Shown here: positions 45,908-59,000 of the stretch, one piece after another
Layout of the letters: the number at the start of each line of letters is the position of its first letter
Position numbering within the stretch: position 1 is the stretch's first letter
Assembly (NCBI GenBank): GCA_002633005.1
Contig: NMRA01000140.1
Coordinates: 186,001-250,000 of the forward strand
DNA: 64,000 nt
Direction: 5' to 3'
Origin: Phoronis australis
Taxonomy: Eukaryota > Animalia > Phoronida
Translations under genes and position numbers: made by a program
The notes under the pieces: generated by a model
The model's input: the letters and a program-made list of their open reading frames with translations, nothing else
What the model was told of the DNA's origin: nothing
Database searches by the model: none

Positions 45908-48900
45908 CCTCTGGGGGGGGGCCTACTACAAATAACAAAAAATGTTTTTGTGCGTATTTTTTTTTTAATTTTCGACACGTTCTGCATTTTGTTTATTCGA
46001 GCAGGCCATGTCATTTGGATTTCAAGCTGTAGACACATTTTCTGACTTTCAACCTCAGGCTAACTTCAATGTAGAAAATTAGCCAAAAGACAAAATTTAA
46101 GACAAACGCCAATAGACTAAGAAACATAACTCTGGGGCCTACTACATGGAGAGTCTTTTGTCTGACCATAACCAAATGATGATTTTTTTCATTTGACTTT
46201 GATTGAATTTAGTCTGCTCCCGAACAGACCATCGTCTTCCAGTCCAGTAGATAAAGATTTGACTTAGCCTCAACCCGATTTCGTGAAATTTAGGACCACG
46301 AAGAGTCCACTGGCTTTCTGAGTGGCCTTTTGACTACACCCCGGCAGAGTCCACGTATGCAGAATCCCTGGCGGGATAACAATAATTGCCTCTCACTTCC
46401 TGTTTTCAAAATTGGCCTGATGATGTCGTCCGTCAATGACTACTTTTTCCCCGTCCATCTTCCCGTAATTCTTTCGTCGTACTAAGGCTCGCTCTTTGGA
46501 GTTATTGTTCCGATGATAGAAAAATTACTATTCTTCTCCTGTGTTTAAATGCTTCTCATACTCAGGGATTCCTCTAGCAAGGGTCCTGGGCAAATTGTCT
46601 TATGTCATCTGAAATGTGGTACTATGCCCTCGATTCTTAACACGGGGAAGCAAAGCGGAATTTCCAACTCGGGCTCGGAAAACTACGAAAAATTCTCATG
46701 CACAGCACCCCAGAATCAAGGGAATAGGCCTATAGGCCTACCGCCAAAATCCAAGTGCCAAAACAAATGAATACCAAAGATCGACCTTGAAAGAATGAGT
46801 GAGAAGTTTAGTGATTTCGATGACTACTATAAATTGTGAATCGTAAGTGCAAATTATTATATTCTAACTCACGACGACATTGTCGAAATTTTGGCCCAAA
46901 AATCCTTTTGAAAGTGGCGGAAACAATTATTCATGAAGATCGAGGGAGTTGTTCTTGCGACATTCTCTGTGCACATCAGATTGGCGGACGTTGTATATGA
47001 TCACTGAAGCAGCTTATATGAGGTACCAGAAATTAGCAGTCGAGCAAAATCACACGTGTTAATTATTATTCTAAGCGTATTTTCAAACACAATGAAAGCA
47101 CTGACCTTGATTTCAACGGATAGCTGGCAGACAATGGATCTTGCTTGTTTTATAGCTGTGGCGAAAGCAATAATTTCAAGAAGTCAATTACCTATAAGTC
47201 CCAAAAAATGCGTTTTTCGGCCGTAAAACGTATAATGCCAACTTCCAGGAGCTCAAATAATCGCATAGATTTTAGCGATTTTTTAACATACGGGTTTAAA
47301 TTTTAAACTGTTAAAGACCTCTGGAATAAATCAGAATTTACGTTTAAGGCAGAAAATTTGGACCCGGAAAGCCAGAACCCCGCCGTGGGGTATTGTGTCG
47401 TCGTGGTCCGGGCTGCGGTGCCGACATAATACAAATCATGGACATATACGTATGTTTTTTATCTAAGATACAAATATTCTATCCAGTTCCCTATCACGTT
47501 ACTGCGGGCGTTACCATAATCGCGTATGCTAATGAGAGCGAAATCTGAAATCTAGGATTGATTTCAGTATCCGATCTCTGCATTCTAATACACGAAACTT
47601 TTCCTATATCCCTATAGATTCCACACGGCTCAAGTTAATAACCCGTCCACTCATCGCGTCAAAAAATTGAAGTCACGTATTTGTAAAGTGGCCGTCGAAA
47701 ATTTACTGCAAATACTTTTTCTTATTTCTGAGCGGAAGAATTCCAAAACCAGACCGACCTATTTGAATAGTGACTGCCGGGATGTCACGCTGAACTCGTC
47801 CCTTGAGTATTTGAAAATACAAATTACGGATGGATTTTTTCTTTCAGAAACTGTTCTTGACTGACGTTTTATGCTAATAACGAATCTGGCAACATTTTCC
47901 TATGCTAAGTGGACGTTCTGTTGCCACATCGCTCACTGACAGGTTCTTATATCCGTTCACCATTTTGAATAATTTAATATGGTAGAGTAAACAAACCATT
48001 CTTATGTGTTTCTCATGAAAGTGAACGGGAGAGTAAGGCCTGTTTAAAGCACCATTTATTTGAAAGAAATAAGTTGCATTGTCAAATGGTTGCAATTACG
48101 AACTTCTCAACATGTATTTAGGATTGTCAAGGTAAGCTCATTTCTCTTTCCAAGATCCTCATATTTTATGCTCAGTTTTGGAATCCATTAAAATGCAGCC
48201 GATCACAGCTGTTCGGAAAATATGCAAAAATTGCTAATTTAATTCAAATATGACCACGTAACACCAGATGTGCCTGGCTGTCTGTTGTCCCAGAGTCAAT
48301 GTTATGTTCCATTATTTGTACTTGTTGTAACTAACACACTTCTTAACCATATCCTTGTTGAACAGTTTTAATTTTATTCTTAGAAGTGCTTACAACAGCC
48401 AATGAACTTGAGACATGTTCTGTGAACTGGCCATATACGGAGTCCATTTTAAGTTCCGTCCAATAGACATTTTTGTAATGTTCTGCGTTGGACAGACAAA
48501 ATCAAAGTCCGAGTTTGACGGGATGATTTTATTTACTAATTCCACTTGGAACCTCAGTGAAAACTTTGAATCCTTGTGAGAACCGTGTGAGAACTGTAAA
48601 TCTATGAAAATACACACAATACTCTAAATACATGACAGTATTATATAAAACCGAATCTAAATTAAATTATTAACAATAGTCACTCTAAGAAACTAGTCAA
48701 AATTACTCAAATTTATGAACTTTAAATCACATTTACAAAACAACATTTATCTTAAAACACATTATATCTTAGAACATTTCCTAGCTCATAAACTCTGATG
48801 AGACTTACAGAAATTGCTCCCTTTGATCTTATCCACGCATGAACATCCAATTCTTGTTTTGTGTATCAGTATGATCCTTGTCAGTGACTTAACACACTCC

Positions 48901-49210
48901 TTGAAACTACAGACTCGGTGATCTGCCTAAAAAAAGTGTATTTTACTATTTGAGGATCGGATTACAGTTTTTCCTACTTCAGACTGCAATTACATTCACT
49001 GAAATATCATTATTTGTTAGAAGATTAGCTTCAAATTGTCAAAAATCATCTATGAATTTATCGATTTTTGTATATACATAAACAAGTAAAATAGAAACCA
49101 ACGAATTTGTTTATCAAAACGAAATGTTACAAGCAATTTCCGCAGGCATGCTCGCAGATTTTTGACGGCGGGCAACCGGGGAAACATGGGAGATGGGGCA
49201 TTCGTATTAA

Positions 49211-50050
49211 GGTGTATTTTTGCTCATTTCAGAGGAACGTGTGCCTATAACGGTTCACGAGGTAAATTTGAACTCCACTGACAAAAAATCTGAAATTGTT
49301 TGTAATTGCGAGAGTTCTTTGAGTACCCCCTTTCGACATGTACGCGATCATCAGAAATAGTAGCATAGGCAGCAGTGTTTTTCACATGTAGAAATTCTTT
49401 ACAAACAAATCATAGTAACCATGTACGCACCCAGGGGGTCCCCCCATTTGGCGAAGTGGACAAAAAGGTCCGCCTCAGAGAAACAAAAAGTCCGAGAAAA
49501 ACGAGACAAAATTCCACTAAAAAGGCAAAAAGGCAGAAAATCGGCAGGAAAGCTCAATTCATAGCTCTGATCGTTGTACCCTGTTTTTTTCTTAGTCCCC
49601 GTTGTTTTAGTAAAAGGTCCACATTCTCAAAAATTCGAGCCCCTTTTATTTTAGGCTGGGTGCGCGCATGGTAACCATCTTCAAAGGAGATACATGTGCT
49701 ATTCTTGTGATACTACGGGAAACAGTAACATTATTTTATAACTAACCATCGGAAATAGTCCTTTTTGTAATTCACAGTGCTCTTCACGTTCTTCAAATTC
49801 CATCCTTTCGATGGAGGTCAATCCTATTGTATTTTGTTCACATTTTTTGGTTGTTTGGGTTGGATGTCTCGATACTGCTGTGCTGGGCACGAATGTTTTG
49901 TATTTTTTTTTTGATGAATTTGGAATCTCCAATTCCCTAGTGAATACAAAAATGTACTTGGCAGTGTCGGATTTACATGTATAGAAGGACAAGGGGACAT
50001 TTCCCCCAAACTGCTTCACCGAGAGATGGTCCCATCTGAAATGGGACACC
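49211..50050. mobile_element. Putative TTAA-flanked non-autonomous element (Kolobok-like) with a nested MITE at 49419-49670
   Basis: TTAA|GGTGT ... ACACC|TTAA; nested CCATGTACGCACCCAG ... CTGGGTGCGCGCATGG. Confidence 0.45.
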
Positions 50051-50824
50051 TTAAGATGAAAGACTAGTCATCATTAAGCTTGGAAAACGAGTGACAGTTC
50101 ATTCCACCGTCGTGTGGTCCCAAAACGATGCAGGAAGTGACCTTCAACATGAAAACCGGTTGTATGATTTCACAAAAAGCAGCAAAATGTAAGTAATCGA
50201 TTCTAAGATTAGACCCTCTCTCCGTGTATGGCCCCTTTAGAATTTGTCAATAAAAACACAAAAAGGGTGGCCACTTGAATATCATTAATGCCCTTCCTAA
50301 ATACGAAAATATCTATATTTTTTCGAAAATCAGGAAATGCGCAGCAATTGATGTTATCTGTCAGGTTATCAATTTTTCTCAAGTGATATACAGTTTGACA
50401 AAAAATAAAGCGAATGTTGTCTCCGTTATCCCTTACCAGAGAGGGTTCTGCGGAAAAATATAGTTTTGCATTCGCAAAACTGACTTATTGAATTTAAAAA
50501 GCCAATAAATTAGTATGCTCCGCAAGATCATCGCTTTACAAATTTTCCTTTTGATTACATGCGCATTTTCAAGTGCGTTTAGACGACCTGTGCTGCAAAA
50601 GCGGAGATCCTAAAAATGTCCTGTCCAGGGTCCTCAAAAGGTAAACCGTGCACTGCTGTTAAATGTTCTCTTAGCATTTTCTCTCTTATCCAATTTCGCA
50701 ATCTTTCTTTTCTCTATTGTCCCGGCCCTACGCCTATGTGCCTATGTCAGTTGCCACGGATTAATCCTGACGCCTGAAAATTTTTTTGGGGGGCCCGTGC
50801 CCCCCGCTTCCTACGGCCCTGCGT

Positions 50825-51585
50825 TTAATAAGACTATAAAAGTCATGTTTATTTGAGCTACCTATTTCCAGTTGCCATTCATGTACGCCACAATCCAATA
50901 ATCTCTGCTTGAATACCATAATAAATTCAGCACTATTACCTAGACCAATGAAATAACCACACTTCTCCATAACCGTACTCATACACAATTTCTTTGACAA
51001 GGTGTGCCCAGTTATAATTACCGTTTTCACCTTGTTCCCTAAGCATACTATAGCATTTCAGTGGGTACCTATGTTCTCCCATATCAAGTAATTTTGTCCA
51101 ATAGATAATTGGTTTACACATATATTTTGTAATTAACAATTGTCTCTTACATTCACCGCAAGCCATAGCATTCAGCGTTTAATACTCAATCTCAGACCGT
51201 ATTTACAGAAATCATTATGAACTTTTTCAATAGATTCACACATTGATGTTCCCCATATTTCTTCACCATGTGTTAATATGGGCATTATCATTGAGTCAAA
51301 GAGTTTAAAACGCACTGCATGGGAAATACAGTTAAATTTTGATAGAGTGGCTTTAATCACGCTCATTGCTTTTCAAGCTTGGCTCGCAAGTACTCTACAA
51401 CACTCTGTCCATTTAAGTCTTCTGGAGAATGTGACTCCTAGATACTTGTAGTATAATTTGGTATCTACTTTCTTGTCTCCAAAAAACCACCTTTCAGTAT
51501 TTGAAAGTATGCCCCCTCGCTTAAATACTACATTTGTTTTCTCTAAATTTACTTGAAAGCTCCAGTCTGGCTCATCAAAACACAA
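50825..51585 (-). mobile_element. Non-LTR retrotransposon (LINE) ORF2 remnant, RT C-terminus and thumb
   Basis: QVNLEKTNVVFKRGG...YKYLGVTFS...KLFDSMIMPILTHGEEIWG...IEKVHNDFCKY, with stop codons and a frameshift. Confidence 0.88.
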
Positions 51586-52127
51586 CAGAAAAACGTCAAG
51601 ATTCTATTTTCTATACGTGTTCTGGGAAAAAAAGCCTCAGTCTAGAAAACTAGACCACTGCTCGAATCAACACATGGTGTCACGTAATACGTACAAATAC
51701 AGACTAGGGGAGCTTTACAAAAAGAAACCAGTTCATTTTTGACTTAAGGCTGAGATTTGTCGCAACTTCCAAACTTTGAAACTTCCAAATCCGGTAACTG
51801 AGTTACGTGAAATTTAAAACAAAATTTAAGTCAAAAACATAAGTCAAGCTTAAGATCATTTTCTTGGAACGGACTGAAGACAAATCCAAATTTTATCTTA
51901 AAGTTGAATTAAAATTACATACTGCCGAGCACAACATTTTATTATCAAAACTATCGCCTTGGCGAACTTTTCATTCAACAAAAATCATTATAATAGATTG
52001 ATTCAATTTACGTCGTGTGTGACTTACGCATGTACTTTATCATATTCCAATGAAGCAGGTCTGGTTGTGTGAGAAAGTCGGGGAAAAATTGCGATGTCAA
52101 AAGCCGCAATATGATAAAAACGTAGAA

Positions 52128-53226
52128 GTCCTCTACTCCGGAAGTGACGTTTTGGGAGGCAAGAGTTTCGCGCCAATTTCTTTTCATTATAGTCTGACTG
52201 TGAGAGCTGTCGAGTCAGTCATTGTTCTACCTCGTTTGTGATAAGTTCGATCGTCGTTTGCTTTTGTTTACAAGTCAGTCAACATGCCACGCTGTTGCTG
52301 TGTGCCGGGATGTACTGATTATCGTCTCACACGCGCTTTGGGTGCCTTGCGTTGCTTTCCGAAGGATGACACACTTCGCCGTACTTGGCTAGCTCGTTCA
52401 TGTGAAGAACGCAGCGCTACCCGTCCACGCAACGTACAAAGCAATGGAGGGTTACCGAGTGTGGGGCAAGCATTTTCTGTCGTCAGATTGTGACAGATAT
52501 GTACGCTGAATTGATGAAGGTCCCTGCGAAACAACGCCTGAAGAAGGGTACCATATCGTCGCTATTGATTCCCGGCAGTGCCCCGTCGCCAACCCCGAGA
52601 AGTGCGTTTTTGAAGCGAGAAGCCTCGCGAGCTGTGGCCACTACAGTGGCTGGAGGCACTTCATCTACTGTTACCCGTGCCTCCGAACGTACCCCATTGC
52701 GAGCAATTCCTGGAATTAGTAGTGATTCGCCCTGTGCTGTTGTCTCTAGCCCAGAGCCTGTAAGCAGCCCTGCAGCGATGTTGAGTAGTGGGAGTGAATA
52801 CAGGTCCAGTTCGACACCCAGTGAAGAGGACAGTTCGTCATCCAATGAACAGATCGGTGAGCCTAAGTTTGATAAGTTTATTGTGGACTTGTATTGGAGC
52901 TATTCGGAAGGTGTGTGGCGCGGGAGTCACACGGCGGGATGTAAGCAGTTTGGGTGCTCAGATCACCCTCCAGTGGGAGTGTGTCGCGGGACACTCGGGC
53001 AAGTGGGACAGTTCTTCCTCTGTACGCGAGACGATATTTGTACACCCCAGTACGCAGCAACAGTGTGGCATGTTGACTGACTCGTAAGCAAAAGCAAACG
53101 ACGACCGAACTTATCACAACCGAGGTAGAAAAATGACTGACTCGACTGCTCTCACAGTCAGACTATATGAAAAGAAATTGGCGCGAAATTCTTGCCTCCC
53201 AAAACGTCACTTCCGGAGTAGACGAC
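52128..53226. mobile_element. DNA-transposon derivative with ~190-bp inverted repeats carrying a THAP gene remnant
   Basis: CTACTCCGGAAGTGACGTTTTGGGAGGCAAGA... is mirrored at 53030-53226. Confidence 0.85.
52284..53030 (+). pseudogene. THAP-domain protein pseudogene (frameshifted)
   Basis: MPRCCCVPGC...FPKDDTLRRTW; shifted frame YRVWGKHF (RVCxxHF with C to W); RLKKGTISSL (degenerate AVPTIF box); downstream KFIVD...CG...QWECVAGHSGKWDSS. Confidence 0.8.
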
Positions 53227-55235
53227 GAGTAATTAATGAAATTACGAAAAGCAGTGAATAAGTGAAAAATATGTGTGGGATAATCAACGAACCTTTTTTT
53301 TCTAAAAATGACAAGAAAAAAGGTTGCCTTCGCCTTTAAACTCCGACTACTAACCTAAGATAGGTCTGAGTGCGAATGTACCACAATCAGTTATATAAAA
53401 TGCATCGTTTGCACAAACTCCGTCTCCCCCGCTCTACTACAGACCTTCGTTGCGCCCGTTTCGGTACAGCTTTGGTCCCAGGTATTGCACCGGCCCACCA
53501 TTTGGAGTCGAGGTGTTCTATTTTTTTTCTCGCGGGCTTTTTTTGCGGACGCGGAGGGAGGGTGGCCAGTTTCGTACTGGCCTTGGTGAAGTCACTCCGT
53601 CGGCTTAATTTCATTCCTTCCGGCTTCTGTCGCAATTCATCGGGCCTGTCGCAGCCAAAATTAATGAAGCCTCATTAAAAAAAAAATTATTGTTCCTTGA
53701 GTAAATCAAATTATTTACCGGTGTTGGAAAATTGGCGTTCTACAGTTATTCTCCTGCTAAAATTGCGATGCGCTCTGTTGGGCGCTACTGCGTCACCTAT
53801 TGGCCAATTTCCATGTTCTTCAATCAACCGTGAGATTGCCTACATGTCATCATCGGAAGTGGTTTCATTTCGTTACGAGTGTTTCATATTTTAATACCAG
53901 AAAACCCAATATCAGAGCAAACTCTCGAAAGATATCGCAAAAGATATCGGAAATGGTACGTACGTGCGCGTGTCACGAGTAGGCACTGTTTGGCCGAAAC
54001 GACATTACGGCGTTTTCCCGTTGCTCCCAACTTGTTTGATTCGATAGCCCAACAACAAGTTGGAAAGTTTACCCCTGTTGCCAATATCTTACTAGACTGA
54101 TTAACTCCATTCTGGCATTTAGGGTTGGAGGGCCAGCTAGTCTTTTGTTTGATAATTGCTTTAATCTCCAATAAGTTCGTGTCTACTCTGACTGGGCTGT
54201 GCTGTTAAAAATAAAAGTTAAGTTATTACATATTTGACAATAAACCAATAGCATTTCTGAAATCTTAGTCAAATGGTGATCATGTTTAGTTTTTGAATAT
54301 TTGAATTGATAGAGAGTGGCCACCAATAAAGTAAAACATGGACTTTATTTCATTATAATGCATTGTTACATACAACACAGCATGACATAATTAAAAATAA
54401 AAGAAGAGATTGAGCAATAAAATGCAAATGCAACTTGGGTATTTATTTATGATTGCAGAAGTCTGTTAACGGTCAGAAAAAATCAAACAATATTGTATTG
54501 GGTATAATTTATTAGAACAACTGCATCGAGGTTCAATGATCAACTTACGCCGACCAAGTCTCAAAGGGTTACAGTTCTGTTTTGGCTGACAAGGTGTTAA
54601 CAGAAAATGAAAAAAAAATGAAAAGAAGAAGAAAGACAGCAGAGATAAATGGTATTAAGAACAGCAACAGCAAAAAGGGAAATAAAGAGCTCACAAATAG
54701 AAAATAAGTAAGGTCTATCTGGAATAAAACAATCGCGATTTATTTTCCAGAACTGAAATTCTGAATCGATTTTAATCGATTTCAAAATCGATATCATGCC
54801 AGTAAAACAGTTTGTGGTTGATCTAGAATTCTTGTAAACCACTTTCCACTATTTTCTTGGCCTTTTTCTGCGTGGTTTTCTGTTCTTTCAAAAGGCGGCA
54901 GCATATGACGACCATAGTAGTCATTATAAAATAGCTGCAGAAAATCAATGCACAGTTGAAACAACTCGGTGTTTGCTTTGCGATAAAACGGCTAGTTTGC
55001 TTAGCGATACAACTCAACGAGCAGGACATTTTTGTACACACTGACAAACGTTGGTTGGGTTATCAGTATTTGCTTGTCGCCTCGTCTTTGCAGTGTACAT
55101 TGTCTGGAGGATCAATACATTACGTAACCTGGTAATTGAACGATCGATTCTGCCATTCGTCGTTGGTTGAGGCTTGAAAATCAGTAGTTTCACTTAGCCA
55201 GGAACTCTAGTAACCACACTCGTTCCAAGCTCAAT

Positions 55236-55911
55236 ATGGAAAGGCGTCATTTTCTATCTGGACTAATTATTTGCGCTACAGTTGTATCCATATTTTTCAT
55301 GCACCGGAGTAGATTTACATGGATTATTCAAATTCGCCAACAATTACCGCCTCACGTCGTAGTACCAAAAATACACAATAACGTCGGGATGAACGAACAG
55401 GAATTGCTCAACTGTCTTGCCAATGGTCGACACGTTCAACATCAACATCCAAATGCATCTGTACTGAAAGTAGTCAGAAATACTTTGGATTACGTTTGGA
55501 AATCTTACGGAATACCTTTAGACTTAACTCGAGCCGATGGGAAATGTGGAAATCTAAATAATGGCGGTGGTGGTAACGGAGGAGCACGAGCTCTGTGTGA
55601 TCCAAAGGGCAGTAAGCCATGTTGTTTTAATTACAAGTGTGAGAGTAAAGCAGTGAATGATTGTGTGTGCCCTACCTGTTGGGACATGCGTCCAAGAATA
55701 CACCCTGAGGTTGCCGACTATGTTCTGTATAACAGTAGTTGCCGGGTTATCGATTTGAAGAGGAAGAACGCTTGCACTATTCTCAAGGAAAAAAATATAT
55801 CAGGCTTAATGGTGGTCGGGGACTCTCTCTCGCGACATATTTATCAAGCGTTTCTAATACAGCTACGGAATGATCCTGAATATGGCGCATTAGATGATAA
55901 AACAAACGAAG
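55236..55911 (+). CDS. First exon of a putative type II membrane protein with a Cys-rich (hevein/chitin-binding-like) module and an SGNH-like GDS motif
   Basis: 225 open codons; N-terminal hydrophobic anchor FLSGLIICATVVSIFF; RADGKCG...LCDPKGSKPCC...CVCPTCWD; LMVVGDSLSR; donor G|GTAACG. Downstream exons were not confidently found. Confidence 0.72.
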
Positions 55912-56031
55912 GTAACGTTTCTTATATTTTAACTTTTACATTGCCATCTCAGAGTGAGGGTCAGGAAGTTAATATCTGACTATTTTATTGCCCTCCGTGA
56001 ACTAAAGAGGGATATTGTCCATAGTCTGCCA

Positions 56032-59000
56032 CAAAAAAAATAAAACAGCAAGAGCGTGAGGAAATATTGAGTTTATTAAGTATCCCCCGTAATTAACATT
56101 ATACGGCTGAAACAAGATTTAACAATGTGCATGAGGGGGGGGGGGGGGGCAACTAAANNNNNNNNNNNNAAGACTATTTTAAGCACAAGTTTTGCTACGA
56201 ACTGGTTGCACCAAATATAGAGCGTGTACGGTGTTTTCTCTATCAATTCGTACACGAAGCTCTCATGGGAAAAATAGTTCATACGCAGGTGTACGAACTA
56301 ATACAGAAAACACCGGAAAGAAGTATGTTAGCGCGCAAACGCTGTGGACCATAAACAAGTACGTCTCTAAGTGACATTAGAAGTGGAAGCGTGATAGCGC
56401 AGTGGTAGAGCACGCCCGCTTTTACAGAAGGCCAAGTCGTGAGTTGAATACCGTGGCATTTATGAATTTTCAGCTTTATTCTGTATTTTTCCTTTGATAC
56501 GTTAGAAATCAAAGAAAATGCTTAATTTGTTTTTCGAGGCAAAAACAAAATTTTCTCCCAGGCGACCTCCCCCTCTTCGGCGCTATGCTCCTCTACAATC
56601 GTGCTTTGCTAGATTGTTTACGAAAAAAAATGTTGGGCCCCCTTATGGTATTCTGGATCCGCCACTGTAATGGCCCTTTCAAACTGGCTAAGGCCCTTTC
56701 ATACCAACGTCTACGCACAGTAGGTTACAGCAGACAATATTTCGGACAAGTGAAATTTTATTCTGTTAAATCTTTAAACAGATATAAGCATTAGGAATCT
56801 TTCAGTCTGTTGTTAGCTTAGTTTGCTATGTGTAGTATGACTCAATTGGCAGGAACAGAAGTGAATTTAGTAGCAACTTTGTGTTGTTTGTTGGCTCTCT
56901 CGGCTCGTCAGTGAGTGTCATGTATTAGATGACACCATGTGCTTTACTGTTTGTTTATCACAAGACATCCATGTGGCATATGAACCCATCACCTTAGATT
57001 GTCTTTATGATGACTCTCACTGCTACGTGCTAGTTAGTTAACCATTTGATTTGAATGTCGTGATATGTGCTTTGATGCAGTTCTTATATCTAATACATTA
57101 GATATGATTGAATTCGTGTGGTTACTCGCGATATTACAAGAGATGTTTGTATTCAGTAACTAGGTGTAGAACACTCATTAGTAATAGCAACTGGCAATAG
57201 CAAAGTGAGAACCCTCTTTACAATATTTACAGGTTACGAATGTTTGGGTTGCATGCACTTAACTTCATGATTCAAGGATCTACAGGAAATAACAATAAAC
57301 TGCTCTAGGAACTTTTCACTCTATTGTGTTTGCCATATTTGGTAATGGTCAGCTGTCTTGAGGCAATGATTATGTGAATGACCATTACAAAATCTAGTTT
57401 ACTACAACGTTCAACAAAACATGTGTGGATGCACTGACTCAGCTAAAGCCGAAACAAGTTTCTATAAACCTAAGCAATCTGGAAGTAAATTAATAATATC
57501 AATAATATCAAACCAACATACTAAGTAATATATATCATGGATGTATCACGGATTTCATGATACTATTTCATAAACAGCATATTTTATTGCTACAGAAAGC
57601 TAGATTAGGACACCCTTAACATACTTGACAAATATTATCATCATTACTTTTTAATTATGACCACATTGCTCAATCGCCAGATGACCCAGTTCACTCGTAA
57701 ACACATCAACAGAAAGGTCAAACTGCTCATTATGCATGTAGTAAGCTTTTTTTAAGTTTTTCGTACAATCATTAGTAATTTCACTTTTTGCATTCGGGGT
57801 AAATTCAATAGAAGTGTCACTCACCAGTCTTCTAGCTAGCAACGACATTTTAACCTAATACATTGCCGAGTTCATTCGCTAAAACTAGTCAAGTGGGCGT
57901 GAAATTGTGGGGTCGTGAGGGTCACTGCATGTTGACAAGACAGTAAGATGGCTGATCGTCGTGTAGCTGATAACTGATTGCCCCTTACTGCCGTATCAAG
58001 ATCAGCGAGAATTAACTGAACTCATCGAAGAACACACTTGTGGATGGAGACAAGGACGAAGTCCGTGACAGCGACGAGTCGTCTGAGGACAGCAACTCGT
58101 CGCAAGATGAGTTTCATGATCGACCCATCGTGAATACGGACTACGGTTACGTTGGATTGGAACAAGCGGAACGTGAAGGAAACGCTCCGGATTAGCTTAA
58201 TCGCAGAACAATGTCTTGTTTCTGCAAAGCCAGTGGATCGGGTGCAAGCAGCTGAAAGTTACTGCAAGAGAGAACAATCCTCGACAGGGCTGCATCACTC
58301 AGTATGATGTCGAGGAAATCGTTGCTAGGTAGTTGTCAGTGAAGGACTTGGATAGGGATAAGTGATGGTCATTTATTTTCAAAATTATTCATACTAGCGT
58401 AAAAATTTGAATTATTGCGAACAAAAGTCAGCCACTTTTTGTAATTTACTGGACTTTATTTTATTAAACTTCTCCAATATACACTTGAACTACCCTTTTT
58501 ACTTCCGTTAACCCCTCCTGCATCAAGTGGACTTATCCTGTATACATTAGCTGAAAAATTTATTGGCCCAGCTGCAGTAACCCAAAATGAATATCACTCC
58601 TTTTTGTCCAAAATTACGTAATAAGGTCAATATTTTTTTGATTACTTTAGTTGTTTATTTTGTTTTGTATTCTAATAAGTCTAAAATCTAGCACACAATT
58701 GCAGGTTGCTATGGAAATTTTTAAGACACTATCAGCATTTTTTCTCGGAAATTTCCTTGACTTTTGATCAGAAAATACTGTATTTTCAGAAAAAAATATC
58801 AATTACAAAAATGGCAAATCCCTACTTAAGACTCATTTTGTGGTGCTGGGTCACATATGGCAGATCGACGCCGGCCCGCCTCTGCACTGGTTAGTGGTTG
58901 ACGGAAAGCGCAAGTACGTCACGACTGCAGTCCAGTTACCCGGACCAATTGTTTACAATATGACGACATTGACCAACACACATGATTCCGGTATCGTTCG

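Noticed and set aside
56290-56358. Candidate second exon of the 55236 gene
   Set aside because: The CAG/GT boundaries are phase-compatible, but the peptide has no recognisable motif and the second copy has an indel and a stop.
58000-58200. Acidic DSDESSEDS-like reading frame (transposase N-terminus?)
   Set aside because: Short, has no catalytic motifs, and matching termini could not be defined.
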